64,000 nucleotides of DNA. It comes from Candidatus Poribacteria bacterium. GTDB lineage: Bacteria > Poribacteria > WGA-4E > WGA-3G. The DNA is taken from positions 3,072,001-3,136,000 of the forward strand of contig OZ242029.1 in assembly GCA_965205015.1 (NCBI GenBank). The letters run 5' to 3'. The notes below the pieces were generated by a model. The model did no database searches. It saw only the letters and a program-made list of their open reading frames with translations, and had not been told where the DNA came from. Of this stretch, positions 8,797 through 19,026 are shown in pieces; the first letter of the stretch is position 1, and each line of letters opens with the position of its first letter. Made by a program: the position numbers and the translations under genes.

Positions 8797-11700
8797 CTAA
8801 AACATACGTCCTAAGCGTAAAGTGATGCTCGGAGTTCGCAAAGAAAAAGATGCGTTGAGGGGTTCCGCCACTTCAAGAGCGAGACTCCACGGTGTGGGAT
8901 TCCCGAATGGGTCTACGAAAACGGAGCATCCGACCCCGATTGATGTTTTCAATCGCGTCATGAAATCTTCAAGATCGGAAAAGGGGACCTCATCATACCA
9001 CCATACCCGCCCCACATCCAAGAAGCAGCTGAGTGTCCACCCGAACACGGCATCTTGTTCGTTGAAAGTTGTCTCTTTGATAAGTCGATACTCAAGGTTA
9101 AGCAGGAGCCGATTATCCCCAGCGAACACATTAGAATCGTAACCACGCAAGGTATTCCCCCCTCCAAGGTGAAGGAGGTGTTGCCTTGGCAAAGGCGCAT
9201 CGGAAAAATCACCCGCAATCCGGACGTTCAGGTGGTGCGAACCCGATAGGGGTGTATAGCGTGCCAACTCGAATCGATAGAAATTGAAGTCGTAATCGCC
9301 TCCAAAACCTTGTCCTGCTATTTCAACTGCGAATTGACCCCGCCACCCGCGTTGGGTCCGCTCATTTGCCGAAAACAGCGTATGAAAATGTCGGAGGGTT
9401 GTAGACCTGTGATCCCGCGTATCAAACGCGTAAACGAGAGAAAGCGTTCTCGATTGTCCACGTTTAATTCTCGGATTGCCCCGCTTGATCCGATTCCGAT
9501 TTAGGTAACTCCAATCCGTAGATTTGGAAAGGTTGTCGTGCCTTTCCCCAGTAAACTCCAGTCTAAGATACGACCCCTCTGATGGCGCGTAGGTTATCCA
9601 TCCCTGTGCGCCTTGACGTTGATAATAATCCTGAAGTGCTGAACCATAATAGCTGGCACTCAGAGAAGCCTCACCTTGATGTAGATAGAGATTAGAACTG
9701 ACATCGGTGAGTTTATAGAAGCCCCCTCCGAATTTGAGGCGCTGCCGTTTAAAGAACCCCTTCTCGATACCGGCGTGGTAGTTCCATATTTTGCTGGAAA
9801 ATCCACGACTTATTCCGCCGAAAACCTGTTCTTTACCCGTGAGCTGCGTCGAGAGTGTCCCTCCTGCGCCAAGCATTAATCCGTGAACACGATTGAATTG
9901 GAGGATCGGGAACCCCCCGGGTCTCGCGAAGGGCTGCTCTTCAATGTCAATAATCATGACGTTTTTTCCACCCTCACGTTGAACGTGCCAATTCCGAACC
10001 GATTTGAAATGCTCACTGTTTTTGCTGAGTTCCTGGCGCATACCGTTTATCTTCGATTGCCCCAGGGCATGATGGTAGATATCCGGGGCTTGTGAATCCC
10101 CTGCGCCATCACCATTTCGAGTGTTTAGGTTAAGTGCTGACAACAGTTCCGCCCGCGGGATTCGACTGTTTCCTGTAAAACGGATCTCGTGGAGTGTTCC
10201 CTCGTCAATGCTAAATTCGAGTACATTGTTGTCCTGTCGATGTGTAACAGTGGCGAATTCATATCCACGATTTGAATAAAAATCCGCAATTAATTGTTGC
10301 TTCAATCTAACAACGTCAACAGCAAGATAGCCAGATTCTAACTGAAACCATTCCTTGATGAACCGTGAAGGGAAACTTCTGTTTCCTTCGATCTTAATTT
10401 GCTGTGCAGAAAGCAGGGGGACCTCCGTAACTCGGATGTGCAAACTGACGCTTGGAACGGAATCGGTTGGAAGGTTGGAAGAAGGAAAGGTTGGTTGCCC
10501 TTCCCCGCCTTCCAGTCCGCCATTCTTCCCCGCTTGTCTCCCAGTCTTTTGCTGATGGCGGATCCCTTCTTCGTCAGCCCCCTTGACCTGTTTCGTTTCC
10601 AAGCGCACATCTTGAAACCAACCGTGTTCCCCCAATTCTGAGATTAACCAAGAAAGCTGTGGACTTGTGATAACGTCTCCGGGCTGAATGGGAAGGGACT
10701 GTTGAACAACCTCAGTCGGAATAGTGGTGTTGCCTTTGATTTCAATGGCGACGACCTTGAATTTCGCTTCGGATACAAAGTCTTCGGAGGCGGTTGGTGT
10801 CGCGACGAATTCCAAGATCCCCATCGCAGGACCCTGACGTCCTGAAAGGGGTCCCGTATACTCTTGTGGCGAGTGCGGCCACCACGGACGCTCGGTATCG
10901 TAAATCGGCAGCCAATAGCTATATTCTCTGGACGTCGCCGGAATAAGGCTTTTCATATTGCTACTGTGCATCTTACGATGGATGTTAAAAAGCCACTTGT
11001 TTTCAAAAGAGAGCGTTGACTGTGGATCGGTCTTCGGTGAAGGTTCCAACATTTTACGTGGCAAAGCGACCTCAAGGCTCCAAAAAGTAGCGTTAATTTG
11101 ACTTGCTATTTTCGCATTTGAATCCCACGCCCTGTCCGCATTAAACGCCGTTTGCATCGTTTTCCGATTTAAAGTGCGTTGGACATCATGAGGCGCGAAC
11201 TGGAAACTCGGTTCTCCGGATGTATTCACCTGCTGATCAAAGAACGCGCGAATCGGGTTAATAACAAGATGATAATAGACATCCGTTTTCGGGTTCGGAT
11301 CGATCAGAAGTTCAATACACTCGTCTTCCCAAATGGGTGAATCCTGCTGGGTCTGTGAAATATAGGGAAGAAACGCGTCAGCGATGTGCGCCTTTACACC
11401 GACATAGAAATTCTCGGCATCCCACATTAAAAGCGTTTCGGTTGCGTTGCTTGGAACATCGGTGCCATCTGGGTTTTGGAACGGAGAGAGTCGAGCGGCT
11501 GCTTGCCATACAATTTCAGATAAATTTCCATCAATCGTGGGGGGCTGTGCGACTTGCGGTACGGGGTGAACGAAATCTATGGTGAGGTCCATTTCAGCAT
11601 CTGTGGATGTATTTCCGCCGCTTGGTGAGTGCTGTAGCAGTGAGATCGCGTTCGTGGCTTTCAACCGAAACAGGGGTCCACCGCCGTTAATAATGGTGAG

Positions 11701-12672
11701 TCCCGTTGCTTCGTCAAATTGTGCGGGCACATTGACAACGATCTGCTGTTTTTCACTTTCAAGTTCAATGTCGGCGGCATAATTTTCAGGAAGTCGTAAA
11801 CGGATGCTACCCCCTTGTGCGGTTATATTCATCGGTGCGGCAACAGTATCGAGTATGACCACTCCAATTGTGCCATTTTGGGTCTCTAATTTGTTTTGTC
11901 CGTGGGTCAGCAAAATGTTCCCGGCAATGTTGCCCTTGGTCACACGGATGTTATAATTGCCTACGGTTTCGTCTAAATGGACGTTCCCTGTTTCTGTCGA
12001 CGTTTCTATCTTTCCACGGATACGCTGAAGGGATATATCTCCGGTTTTGGTGCGGAGTTTAACAGAGACATCCGCTGGCGTTTTAATGGTACATTTCAGT
12101 TGGAGTCCATCATAGCGGCCTGCTTGTAACGCTTCCGTATGAGAAAGCGAGTTCGGCTGTGTGTCAGAAGAATTGCCTGGGAGTTGTATCCTTAACTGAA
12201 GTGTGTCATCGCTTTGGGTTCCTGTAAGGGTGATGTTATCAAGATAATCGCGAATCAGAGCGTTCTGTTTTGTATTTGTGGTTTCCCGTGCCTGCTTCTC
12301 AAGCGTAACCGTGATGACATTGCCCTCTGTGGCAATCAGTTCAATATTACCCGATACCTGTAGGCTGAGTTCGATATGATAAACATCTTCAAAACTGAAG
12401 GTTTCTGTTGATGTTGTCCCGAATATCAACGGCTGGGTTTCGCGAATTGAATCCTTGACGGGTGGAGGGGATGTACTTCCCGCGCCTTCATGATCCGCTG
12501 CATATATCTGCTGGACAGGTAGATTCAGCGTGAGCATGAAAAGATAAAATAGATATGCGTAAGAGAAAATCGCGCGAGATATGGGCAACATTCCGGGGAG
12601 GTTCCTTTTTAATCCAGCATACCTGATTTGCAATATCGGTTTGCAAACCCTGACGACAGAATTACTTGACAC
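8797..12672 (-). CDS. Omp85/BamA-TamA family protein fused to DUF4097-like and CBM9-like domains (true start probably downstream, ~12591)
   Basis: TKTGDI/TETGNV beta repeats; PTIDGNLSE..W, LMWDAENFY, IWEDECIE; POTRA IEIKGN/IRFTGN; LRGY barrel motif; terminal Phe. Confidence 0.75.
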   Translation of the reverse strand: MSSNSVVRVCKPILQIRYAGLKRNLPGMLPISRAIFSYAYLFYLFMLTLNLPVQQIYAADHEGAGSTSPPPVKDSIRETQPLIFGTTSTETFSFEDVYHIELSLQVSGNIELIATEGNVITVTLEKQARETTNTKQNALIRDYLDNITLTGTQSDDTLQLRIQLPGNSSDTQPNSLSHTEALQAGRYDGLQLKCTIKTPADVSVKLRTKTGDISLQRIRGKIETSTETGNVHLDETVGNYNIRVTKGNIAGNILLTHGQNKLETQNGTIGVVILDTVAAPMNITAQGGSIRLRLPENYAADIELESEKQQIVVNVPAQFDEATGLTIINGGGPLFRLKATNAISLLQHSPSGGNTSTDAEMDLTIDFVHPVPQVAQPPTIDGNLSEIVWQAAARLSPFQNPDGTDVPSNATETLLMWDAENFYVGVKAHIADAFLPYISQTQQDSPIWEDECIELLIDPNPKTDVYYHLVINPIRAFFDQQVNTSGEPSFQFAPHDVQRTLNRKTMQTAFNADRAWDSNAKIASQINATFWSLEVALPRKMLEPSPKTDPQSTLSFENKWLFNIHRKMHSSNMKSLIPATSREYSYWLPIYDTERPWWPHSPQEYTGPLSGRQGPAMGILEFVATPTASEDFVSEAKFKVVAIEIKGNTTIPTEVVQQSLPIQPGDVITSPQLSWLISELGEHGWFQDVRLETKQVKGADEEGIRHQQKTGRQAGKNGGLEGGEGQPTFPSSNLPTDSVPSVSLHIRVTEVPLLSAQQIKIEGNRSFPSRFIKEWFQLESGYLAVDVVRLKQQLIADFYSNRGYEFATVTHRQDNNVLEFSIDEGTLHEIRFTGNSRIPRAELLSALNLNTRNGDGAGDSQAPDIYHHALGQSKINGMRQELSKNSEHFKSVRNWHVQREGGKNVMIIDIEEQPFARPGGFPILQFNRVHGLMLGAGGTLSTQLTGKEQVFGGISRGFSSKIWNYHAGIEKGFFKRQRLKFGGGFYKLTDVSSNLYLHQGEASLSASYYGSALQDYYQRQGAQGWITYAPSEGSYLRLEFTGERHDNLSKSTDWSYLNRNRIKRGNPRIKRGQSRTLSLVYAFDTRDHRSTTLRHFHTLFSANERTQRGWRGQFAVEIAGQGFGGDYDFNFYRFELARYTPLSGSHHLNVRIAGDFSDAPLPRQHLLHLGGGNTLRGYDSNVFAGDNRLLLNLEYRLIKETTFNEQDAVFGWTLSCFLDVGRVWWYDEVPFSDLEDFMTRLKTSIGVGCSVFVDPFGNPTPWSLALEVAEPLNASFSLRTPSITLRLGRMF

Positions 12673-12694
12673 ATTTAAAATAATACTTTATACT
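12666..12694 (+). promoter_or_regulatory. sigma70-type promoter upstream of the isomerase
   Basis: TTGACA-N17-TATACT. Confidence 0.65.
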
Positions 12695-12818
12695 TATTAG
12701 AAAAGTCAAGCAGTTTTTTCGTATCCTTTATCGCGACCGTAGCGTTTTGAAAACAAAGCGATCAAGGGCAATTTTTGTAACGGAATGAAAGAAAAAACGT
12801 TGCGTACAGGAGAAGCAG

Positions 12819-13874
12819 ATGAGCGAACCCGTTAAAAAAGGAACAACAGAATATTGTTTCTCTTTCGGACCGTGGAATATACATGAGGGAACAGACCCTT
12901 TTGGACCCCCTGTTCGGGAGGCGTTCAGTTTTGATGAAAAGGTTGGATTTTATCGCGATCTCGGTTTTGTTGGGATTCAATTTCATGATGATGACATTGT
13001 GCCGGATATTGACGAGAAAACACACGCGCAACTGATAGCGCGAACGAAAACCGTCAAAAAACAGATTGACGACCACGGTTTGACGGCAGAAGTGGTGGCA
13101 CCGCGATTGTGGGAGTCTCCACAGACGATCGATGGGGCTTACACTTCTAATTCCGCCAAGGAAAGACACTATGCCCTGGAACGTTCGAAACGGTGTGTGG
13201 ATATTGCGAACGAGATAGGGTGTAAAAATCTCGTGTTATGGCTTGCCCGCGAAGGGACCTACATCCGGGAAACCAAAGACGCAGCAGGCGCAGTTGGACA
13301 AATTTTGGAAGCAATGAACGCCTTACTCGCGTACGATCCAGACATCCGAATCCTGATAGAACCCAAACCGAATGAACCGATGGACATCGCTTATATTCCG
13401 ACCATTGGACACGCGATCGGGTTAGCCTATGCGAGCGACGCACCGGAACGCGTCGGCGGGTTAATCGAAAGTGCACACGCGATTCTCGCAGGTTTGGAAC
13501 CGTCCGATGAGATGGGATATGCGCTTTATCATCAGAAGCTTTGGAGCGTCCATCTCAACGATCAGAATGGGTTAAAATTCGACCAAGATAAGGCGTTCGG
13601 TTCCGTGAATCTGCGGCGTGCGTTTAATCAGGTGCGGGTCCTGGAAGAGAACGGATACGGTAGAAACGGTGAATTCATTGGATTAGATGTGAAGGTCATG
13701 CGGACCCAACCGCGTGACATTTCAACCAAACACTTATTGAGCAGTCGCAGAACCTTCCTTAATCTACTCGAAAAAGTCCGAACGTTTGACAAAGGGGTCG
13801 AACAGGAATTTATCACAGCCAAAGACTACGAAGGTTTGGACTTCTACATCCTTGAACACCTTCTCGGAGCGTAA
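12819..13874 (+). CDS. xylA: Xylose isomerase-like TIM-barrel enzyme (short class I type)
   Basis: FSFGPW, FHDDD, LWLAREG, EPKPNEP, HLNDQ..KFDQD; substrate not certain. Confidence 0.75.
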   Translation: MSEPVKKGTTEYCFSFGPWNIHEGTDPFGPPVREAFSFDEKVGFYRDLGFVGIQFHDDDIVPDIDEKTHAQLIARTKTVKKQIDDHGLTAEVVAPRLWESPQTIDGAYTSNSAKERHYALERSKRCVDIANEIGCKNLVLWLAREGTYIRETKDAAGAVGQILEAMNALLAYDPDIRILIEPKPNEPMDIAYIPTIGHAIGLAYASDAPERVGGLIESAHAILAGLEPSDEMGYALYHQKLWSVHLNDQNGLKFDQDKAFGSVNLRRAFNQVRVLEENGYGRNGEFIGLDVKVMRTQPRDISTKHLLSSRRTFLNLLEKVRTFDKGVEQEFITAKDYEGLDFYILEHLLGA

Positions 13875-13949
13875 GGCTCGTTAGAGGCGTGTGTATAAAC
13901 GCTCTCACTCAACGAAGAGGAATAAAGGCGGCAGAGGACAAAAACAGAC

Positions 13950-14600
13950 ATGACAACGGATAAGAGCCTTCTACACGAGGCGGATGCCCCGTGTTATCAA
14001 GCAGTGATGCTTGTGGGTCCCCCTGGTGTCGGCAAGGGAACACAAGGGAAGATGCTGGCACAAATCCCTGGTGTTTTCCACGTCTCCAGTGGGGATATGT
14101 TCCGCGAACTTGATGTCAATTCGAAATGCGGGCAGATTTTCCAACAATACGCAGGCATCGGTAAATTAGTTCCAGATCCGATTACAATCAAAATCTGGCA
14201 AGACTACATGGCGGCAAAGGTCCGCGAACAGGTCTACGCGCCGGAAAACGATCTGCTGATTCTGGATGGTATCCCACGCAATATCGCGCAAGCGGGTCTG
14301 ATAGCACCTTACATAAAACTGTTTAAGGTGATCTATATGGTTTGCGAAGACCGGGAAGTGATGTTTAGACGCATCCGGGGCCGTGCTTTGAAAGAAAATC
14401 GGATCGACGATTCCGAAGAGATCGTGGTTCGCTATCGGTGGGATGTCTACAAACGGGAAACCGAGCCCTTGATTGATTACTACCCTCAAGATATGATTCG
14501 AATCATTGATGCCGATGCGACTGCAGCGGATGTACTCCATCAAATCCTATCAACGATTGTGCCTATCCAAAAGAATTATTTCAAGCCCCCGATTATGTAA
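13950..14600 (+). CDS. adk: Adenylate/nucleoside monophosphate kinase (short LID)
   Basis: GPPGVGKGTQ, HVSSGDMFR, LVPD, ILDGIPRN, RIDD. Confidence 0.85.
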   Translation: MTTDKSLLHEADAPCYQAVMLVGPPGVGKGTQGKMLAQIPGVFHVSSGDMFRELDVNSKCGQIFQQYAGIGKLVPDPITIKIWQDYMAAKVREQVYAPENDLLILDGIPRNIAQAGLIAPYIKLFKVIYMVCEDREVMFRRIRGRALKENRIDDSEEIVVRYRWDVYKRETEPLIDYYPQDMIRIIDADATAADVLHQILSTIVPIQKNYFKPPIM

Positions 14601-14697
14601 GTCAGGATCCTCCGATGAGAAACGCCTTAAACTGTCGCGAGGCACCTGAAAATCCTATCGCCTCGGTGGGTAGTATTCTTCGTTCAAGGAACAAAAA

Positions 14698-16290
14698 ATG
14701 AGAAGTTTTGGGACCCAAGGTCGCGTGCGTCCGGAACAGCATTATATCGTCCCCCGAACAGCGCAAGTCGCCGATTTCATCACCCGCATTAGAGCCGGAA
14801 AATACATCGTCCTCTTCGCGCCCCGGCAGACCGGTAAGACAACCTTTTTCCGATTGGCTCTTGACAGACTCGCTGCGGAGGATCCAACCTATCTCGCCAT
14901 CCACCTCAATTTCGAGGTATATGAAGACTATTCTGCGGCTGACTTTTACAGCCACCTCTACGAAGATATTTGTGAGGAAATCGAAAACGTTTTTCAAAAG
15001 CGCGGAACAGAACCCACTGACGCTTTAACTCAATTTTTAGAGAACACACAACTGACGGATCATGTCTCCATGAGAAGATTTTTTACGCGTTTCGGGCGTT
15101 TCCTGAAGAACCAGCGGGTTGTTGTCATTATTGACGAGTTTGATGGTATCCCGCAGGCCGCTGTGAAGGGTTTTCTGCATGCCCTCCGACAGATCTACCT
15201 TTCCGATGAACGCCTGTGTCCCTACAGTGTCGGCATTGTGGGGATCAAGAGCATCATACAACTTGATTATGACAGGTCTATCTCGCCTTTCAATATCCAA
15301 GATGAGTTCCGATTGCCGAACTTTACACTCGAAGAAGTCGGCGACCTCCTCGGACAGTATACCGACGAAGTCGGGCAACCCTTCGCACCAGAGGTGATTG
15401 AAAGTCTCCATAAACAGACTGCCGGACAACCTTTCCTTGTGAATCGATGTGCCCAAATTCTTACTGAAGAATTGGACATCCCGAAAACCGAAATCATTTC
15501 CATGACGCACTTTGCACAGGCATACAAGCAACTCCTGCGGGAACGGAACACCAACATCGATCATTTGAGAGCGAACGTCCGAAGGGACCCACGGTTTGAA
15601 AAACTCTTGATGCGTATCGTCTCTTATGAGAACGGTCTACTCTTCGATCCGGACGATGATCTCATGAACGAACTCGTTACGTATGGCGTTATCACAGAGG
15701 ATCCCGATGGGCTCTGTGAGATTGTGAATCCTATCTATCAGCATCGCATCCTGCAAATATTCAAACCGACAGTTAACGGACTTGAGAACACCTACTTCTC
15801 CGAAGACACAGGCGAGAATTTTAGGGATTACCTCACGTCCACCGGGGATCTTGAAATAGAACGACTTCTTGATAACTTCCAAGCCTTCATCGCCCGCGCC
15901 GGGTTCCGCATCTTAGAAGTGCCGGATACCCCGCAAGAATATGTCGGGCAATACCTCCTTTACGCCTATCTCGACCATTTCGTCCGTATTGTCGGTGCGG
16001 ATATGTTTCTTGAAGTTCAAACCGGACGCGGCAGAATGGACCTTCTGATTCTCCACAACCAACGCAAATACATCGTTGAGACGAAGATCTGGGAAGGCAA
16101 CCGATATTATCAATCGGGCAAAGCGCAGTTGGCGGCATATCTGAAATTGGAAGATGCGCAAGAAGGCTATTATGTCGTCTTCGATCACCGCCAGCAGCCA
16201 GCGTCGCGGGTAGAGACGGAAACCGTAGCCGGTGTGGAGATCCGGAGTTACATCATCCCTGTGCTGCAGGAACGGCCTTCAAGTAGATAG
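14698..16290 (+). CDS. AAA ATPase with C-terminal PD-(D/E)XK-like nuclease domain, paralog 1
   Basis: APRQTGKTT, IIDEFD, SPFNI, GQPFLV; GRMDLL..YIVETK. Confidence 0.8.
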   Translation: MRSFGTQGRVRPEQHYIVPRTAQVADFITRIRAGKYIVLFAPRQTGKTTFFRLALDRLAAEDPTYLAIHLNFEVYEDYSAADFYSHLYEDICEEIENVFQKRGTEPTDALTQFLENTQLTDHVSMRRFFTRFGRFLKNQRVVVIIDEFDGIPQAAVKGFLHALRQIYLSDERLCPYSVGIVGIKSIIQLDYDRSISPFNIQDEFRLPNFTLEEVGDLLGQYTDEVGQPFAPEVIESLHKQTAGQPFLVNRCAQILTEELDIPKTEIISMTHFAQAYKQLLRERNTNIDHLRANVRRDPRFEKLLMRIVSYENGLLFDPDDDLMNELVTYGVITEDPDGLCEIVNPIYQHRILQIFKPTVNGLENTYFSEDTGENFRDYLTSTGDLEIERLLDNFQAFIARAGFRILEVPDTPQEYVGQYLLYAYLDHFVRIVGADMFLEVQTGRGRMDLLILHNQRKYIVETKIWEGNRYYQSGKAQLAAYLKLEDAQEGYYVVFDHRQQPASRVETETVAGVEIRSYIIPVLQERPSSR

Positions 16291-16395
16291 TATCGTCACC
16301 ACCGGAAAAGAAAAAACTTGACAAAAGTGGACGGGAACCCCTTGGATCCGCACGCGATCCCTCTGAAGTCGCCCCATCCCGATCAGTTTTCAATA

Positions 16396-18738
16396 TCAGT
16401 CTTCTGCTCCGTCACTGAAAGGGTATAACTTCTCGACATCTGGGTTGAGTGCCTTCGCCTTCTGAAAATCGGCGGCTGCTGAGGTGTCTTGCGCCGACAC
16501 CCGATGCCCGTCCTGTTCAATTTCTACTGTGACATCTGGCTCGAGGATCTCACCTACGTTTTGTTCAATCAGGTCAGCTAAATCTCCTAAATCCAGTGCT
16601 ATGTCATCTCCCGTGTCGTGTTCTCCGCGTGCCTGTTTCGCAAGCCCTCGGGCATAATACGCAAGCGCATGGTCGGACTTCATAGCAATTACGCGTCCAA
16701 AGTCAGAAATGGCACCCGTGTAATCTGCCAGTGTCGCTTTCGCGCGACCCCGCGTGTAAAACGCCTCCACCTGCTGAAACCCTAAAGCCAGCACTTGCTC
16801 GCAATCAGTGATTGCTTCACGATAGTGGTGCTCAGCTTGCGGAACATTTCCGGTAAGCGTTTCAGATTCACCGAGCCTGAATTTTGCCTCGGCACGCCCA
16901 TTATAGTTGTGGGCAGCGAAAACGGCCCCGGGGGCGATGGTAGCGAGACGCTCCCTCGAGCCCATGCCTATCGCTTCGTCAAATCCGTCAACTGCTGACT
17001 GGTAATGGTGCTGTGCTGCTTCAATATTTCCGAGGGCAACTTCAGACACCCCCAAGCTGATCCGCGTCCGACTGAGATGCGCGGAAAAGAATGCGGCATA
17101 CTCTGGAGGGGATACGCGTACGGCTTGCTTATGATCCGCAAGTGCAGCCTGATAGTGGAACTGTGCCTGTTCGATATTGTCCCGCACCATTTCCAAAAGA
17201 CCCAAGGTGCTCTGCACCGCCCCACGCGCGGCATACGCCGAGGGATTCGTTGGACCCAAAGCAATGGCTTGCGTGTAGGCTTCAATACCGTCTTCATAGT
17301 GGCGTTGTGCTTGTTCCCGATCCCCCTTGTTCGCCGCCAATATCCCCAGCTGATGATTCGCGGTACCGCGGGTCTGCCAGCCTGAAGCATTCCCTGGATC
17401 TACATCCGTGAGTTGATGTCCCATTTCATTGGCTGCCTGAAAGTGATGTCGCGCCTGCTGCGAGTTGCCGACAGTGCTTTCCAAATCAGCAAGCCGAAGA
17501 TGCACCGTCCCTCCGAAGATATAGGCACTGGGGTTCTCTGGGTCTAAAGTTATCACTTGGGTATAGTCTTCAATTGCGGCGTGATAGAGGCGTTTGGCTT
17601 GCTGGACATTTCGGGTCCCCTGTTCAGATTTGCCCCATTCAAACTTCGCTGTAGCGCGATAGTAATAGGCTGCGGGGTCCTCGGGTGCTGTTTGGAGGGC
17701 TTTATCAAAATCAGCAATCGCACCCGCATAGTCACCCACCGCGAAATGCTTCCTGCCGTGCTGGACGTAATCGGCGGCATGGGTGTGTGCTGCGCCGTCG
17801 GTAGACGCACCGTGTGTATGCCCATGTCCATGGGCATGTCCATCGCCATGCCCATAATGCACCTCTGTTCCCTGTGCCTCCATCGCTGGAATATGCACCT
17901 CGACCGCAGCAGCGTCTAACGGATTGTCCCGAAGTTCCAGGACCTCTAACGCTGTGAGCGTGGTAAGGGGTGAAATATCAGAAATACGGTTGTTTCCAAG
18001 GCCGAGGTAACCCAGCTGCGTGAGGCCGGTCAGTGGCGAGACGTCCACGATCGCGTTGTGGTTGAGTGCCAGCAATGTCAGGTGTGTGAGAGAAGCGAGC
18101 GGCGACACCTCCGAGATACCGTTTTTTCCGAGATTCAGTTCCGACAAATTTTTCAGGTGTGCGAGGGGCGCGACATCAACGAGCTCTTGGCTGTTGTAAT
18201 TGAGGTTGAGTTGTGTGAGGTTTTTCAGGTCCCTAAGCGCAGATATATCTCTGACCTCATTGGCGTGAAGCCCTAATCCTATCAGGTCCGTGAGGGCTGC
18301 GAGTGGCGCAATATCGACAACAGCGTTACCGTTAAGATTCAGTTGTGTAAGGTTTTTCAGGTCCGCAAGTGCCGATATATCTGTGATCTCATTGCCTTCA
18401 AGCCTGAGATCTGTCAGGTGTGCTAAACCTGCCAAGGGTGTTACGTCGGAGATCCGGTTTCCGCCAAGATTTAATTCTGTTAGATTTGTAGCGGTTTCTA
18501 ATCCTGTGAGATCGGAAATGCCAAGCTCTACGGCGTTGAGCACTGTCAGTTTTCGCATATCTCTTTCAAAGACTGAGTAGATTTGCATCTGTCTGAGTTC
18601 CGCAGAAACCGCTTGATGGAGCTTTGCATCTGGGATGTGTGCTTTTGGAGGGAATCGTGTTTCAGCGGTTTCGGGTCTTATCAAAAGGATTGTGCAGAGT
18701 GTGAGGATGAGGGTGCTAACGAGTGTTTTTCGCGTCAT
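16396..18738 (-). CDS. Secreted LRR + His-rich linker + TPR protein
   Basis: Signal peptide; IPD cap; internalin-like LxxLxLxxNxIxDxxPL repeats; HGHGDGHAHGHGHTH; TPR motifs such as AIADFDKAL. Confidence 0.88.
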   Translation of the reverse strand: MTRKTLVSTLILTLCTILLIRPETAETRFPPKAHIPDAKLHQAVSAELRQMQIYSVFERDMRKLTVLNAVELGISDLTGLETATNLTELNLGGNRISDVTPLAGLAHLTDLRLEGNEITDISALADLKNLTQLNLNGNAVVDIAPLAALTDLIGLGLHANEVRDISALRDLKNLTQLNLNYNSQELVDVAPLAHLKNLSELNLGKNGISEVSPLASLTHLTLLALNHNAIVDVSPLTGLTQLGYLGLGNNRISDISPLTTLTALEVLELRDNPLDAAAVEVHIPAMEAQGTEVHYGHGDGHAHGHGHTHGASTDGAAHTHAADYVQHGRKHFAVGDYAGAIADFDKALQTAPEDPAAYYYRATAKFEWGKSEQGTRNVQQAKRLYHAAIEDYTQVITLDPENPSAYIFGGTVHLRLADLESTVGNSQQARHHFQAANEMGHQLTDVDPGNASGWQTRGTANHQLGILAANKGDREQAQRHYEDGIEAYTQAIALGPTNPSAYAARGAVQSTLGLLEMVRDNIEQAQFHYQAALADHKQAVRVSPPEYAAFFSAHLSRTRISLGVSEVALGNIEAAQHHYQSAVDGFDEAIGMGSRERLATIAPGAVFAAHNYNGRAEAKFRLGESETLTGNVPQAEHHYREAITDCEQVLALGFQQVEAFYTRGRAKATLADYTGAISDFGRVIAMKSDHALAYYARGLAKQARGEHDTGDDIALDLGDLADLIEQNVGEILEPDVTVEIEQDGHRVSAQDTSAAADFQKAKALNPDVEKLYPFSDGAED

Positions 18739-18770
18739 GTTTCGACTCCTTTTTGGGATTGGGCCCTAAA

Positions 18771-18977
18771 ATGTTGAAGATAAGATTGGGGTTTACGTTA
18801 ATTTTAGATTTCAGTTTCAGCGGATCTGCTGTAGGAGCGAGCCCGATGGCACTCATCACACTCATAATCGCATGGCGGAGCGTCAAGGATGCCTCACTCC
18901 AAAAACAGATTGATACCCTCTCAGAAATCATTGACTCCCAGAAACAAGAGTTAACAGAGAAATCGCCTCAAGCTTAA
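18771..18977 (+). CDS. Small hypothetical protein or remnant (hydrophobic segment + coiled coil)
   Basis: Short ORF ..LIIAWRSVKDASLQKQIDTL..; may be a fragment. Confidence 0.35.
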   Translation: MLKIRLGFTLILDFSFSGSAVGASPMALITLIIAWRSVKDASLQKQIDTLSEIIDSQKQELTEKSPQA

Positions 18978-19026
18978 GGGCTTACGAATCCGAAGCACTC
19001 ACAGGCATCCGTCTGGTCATTTGATA

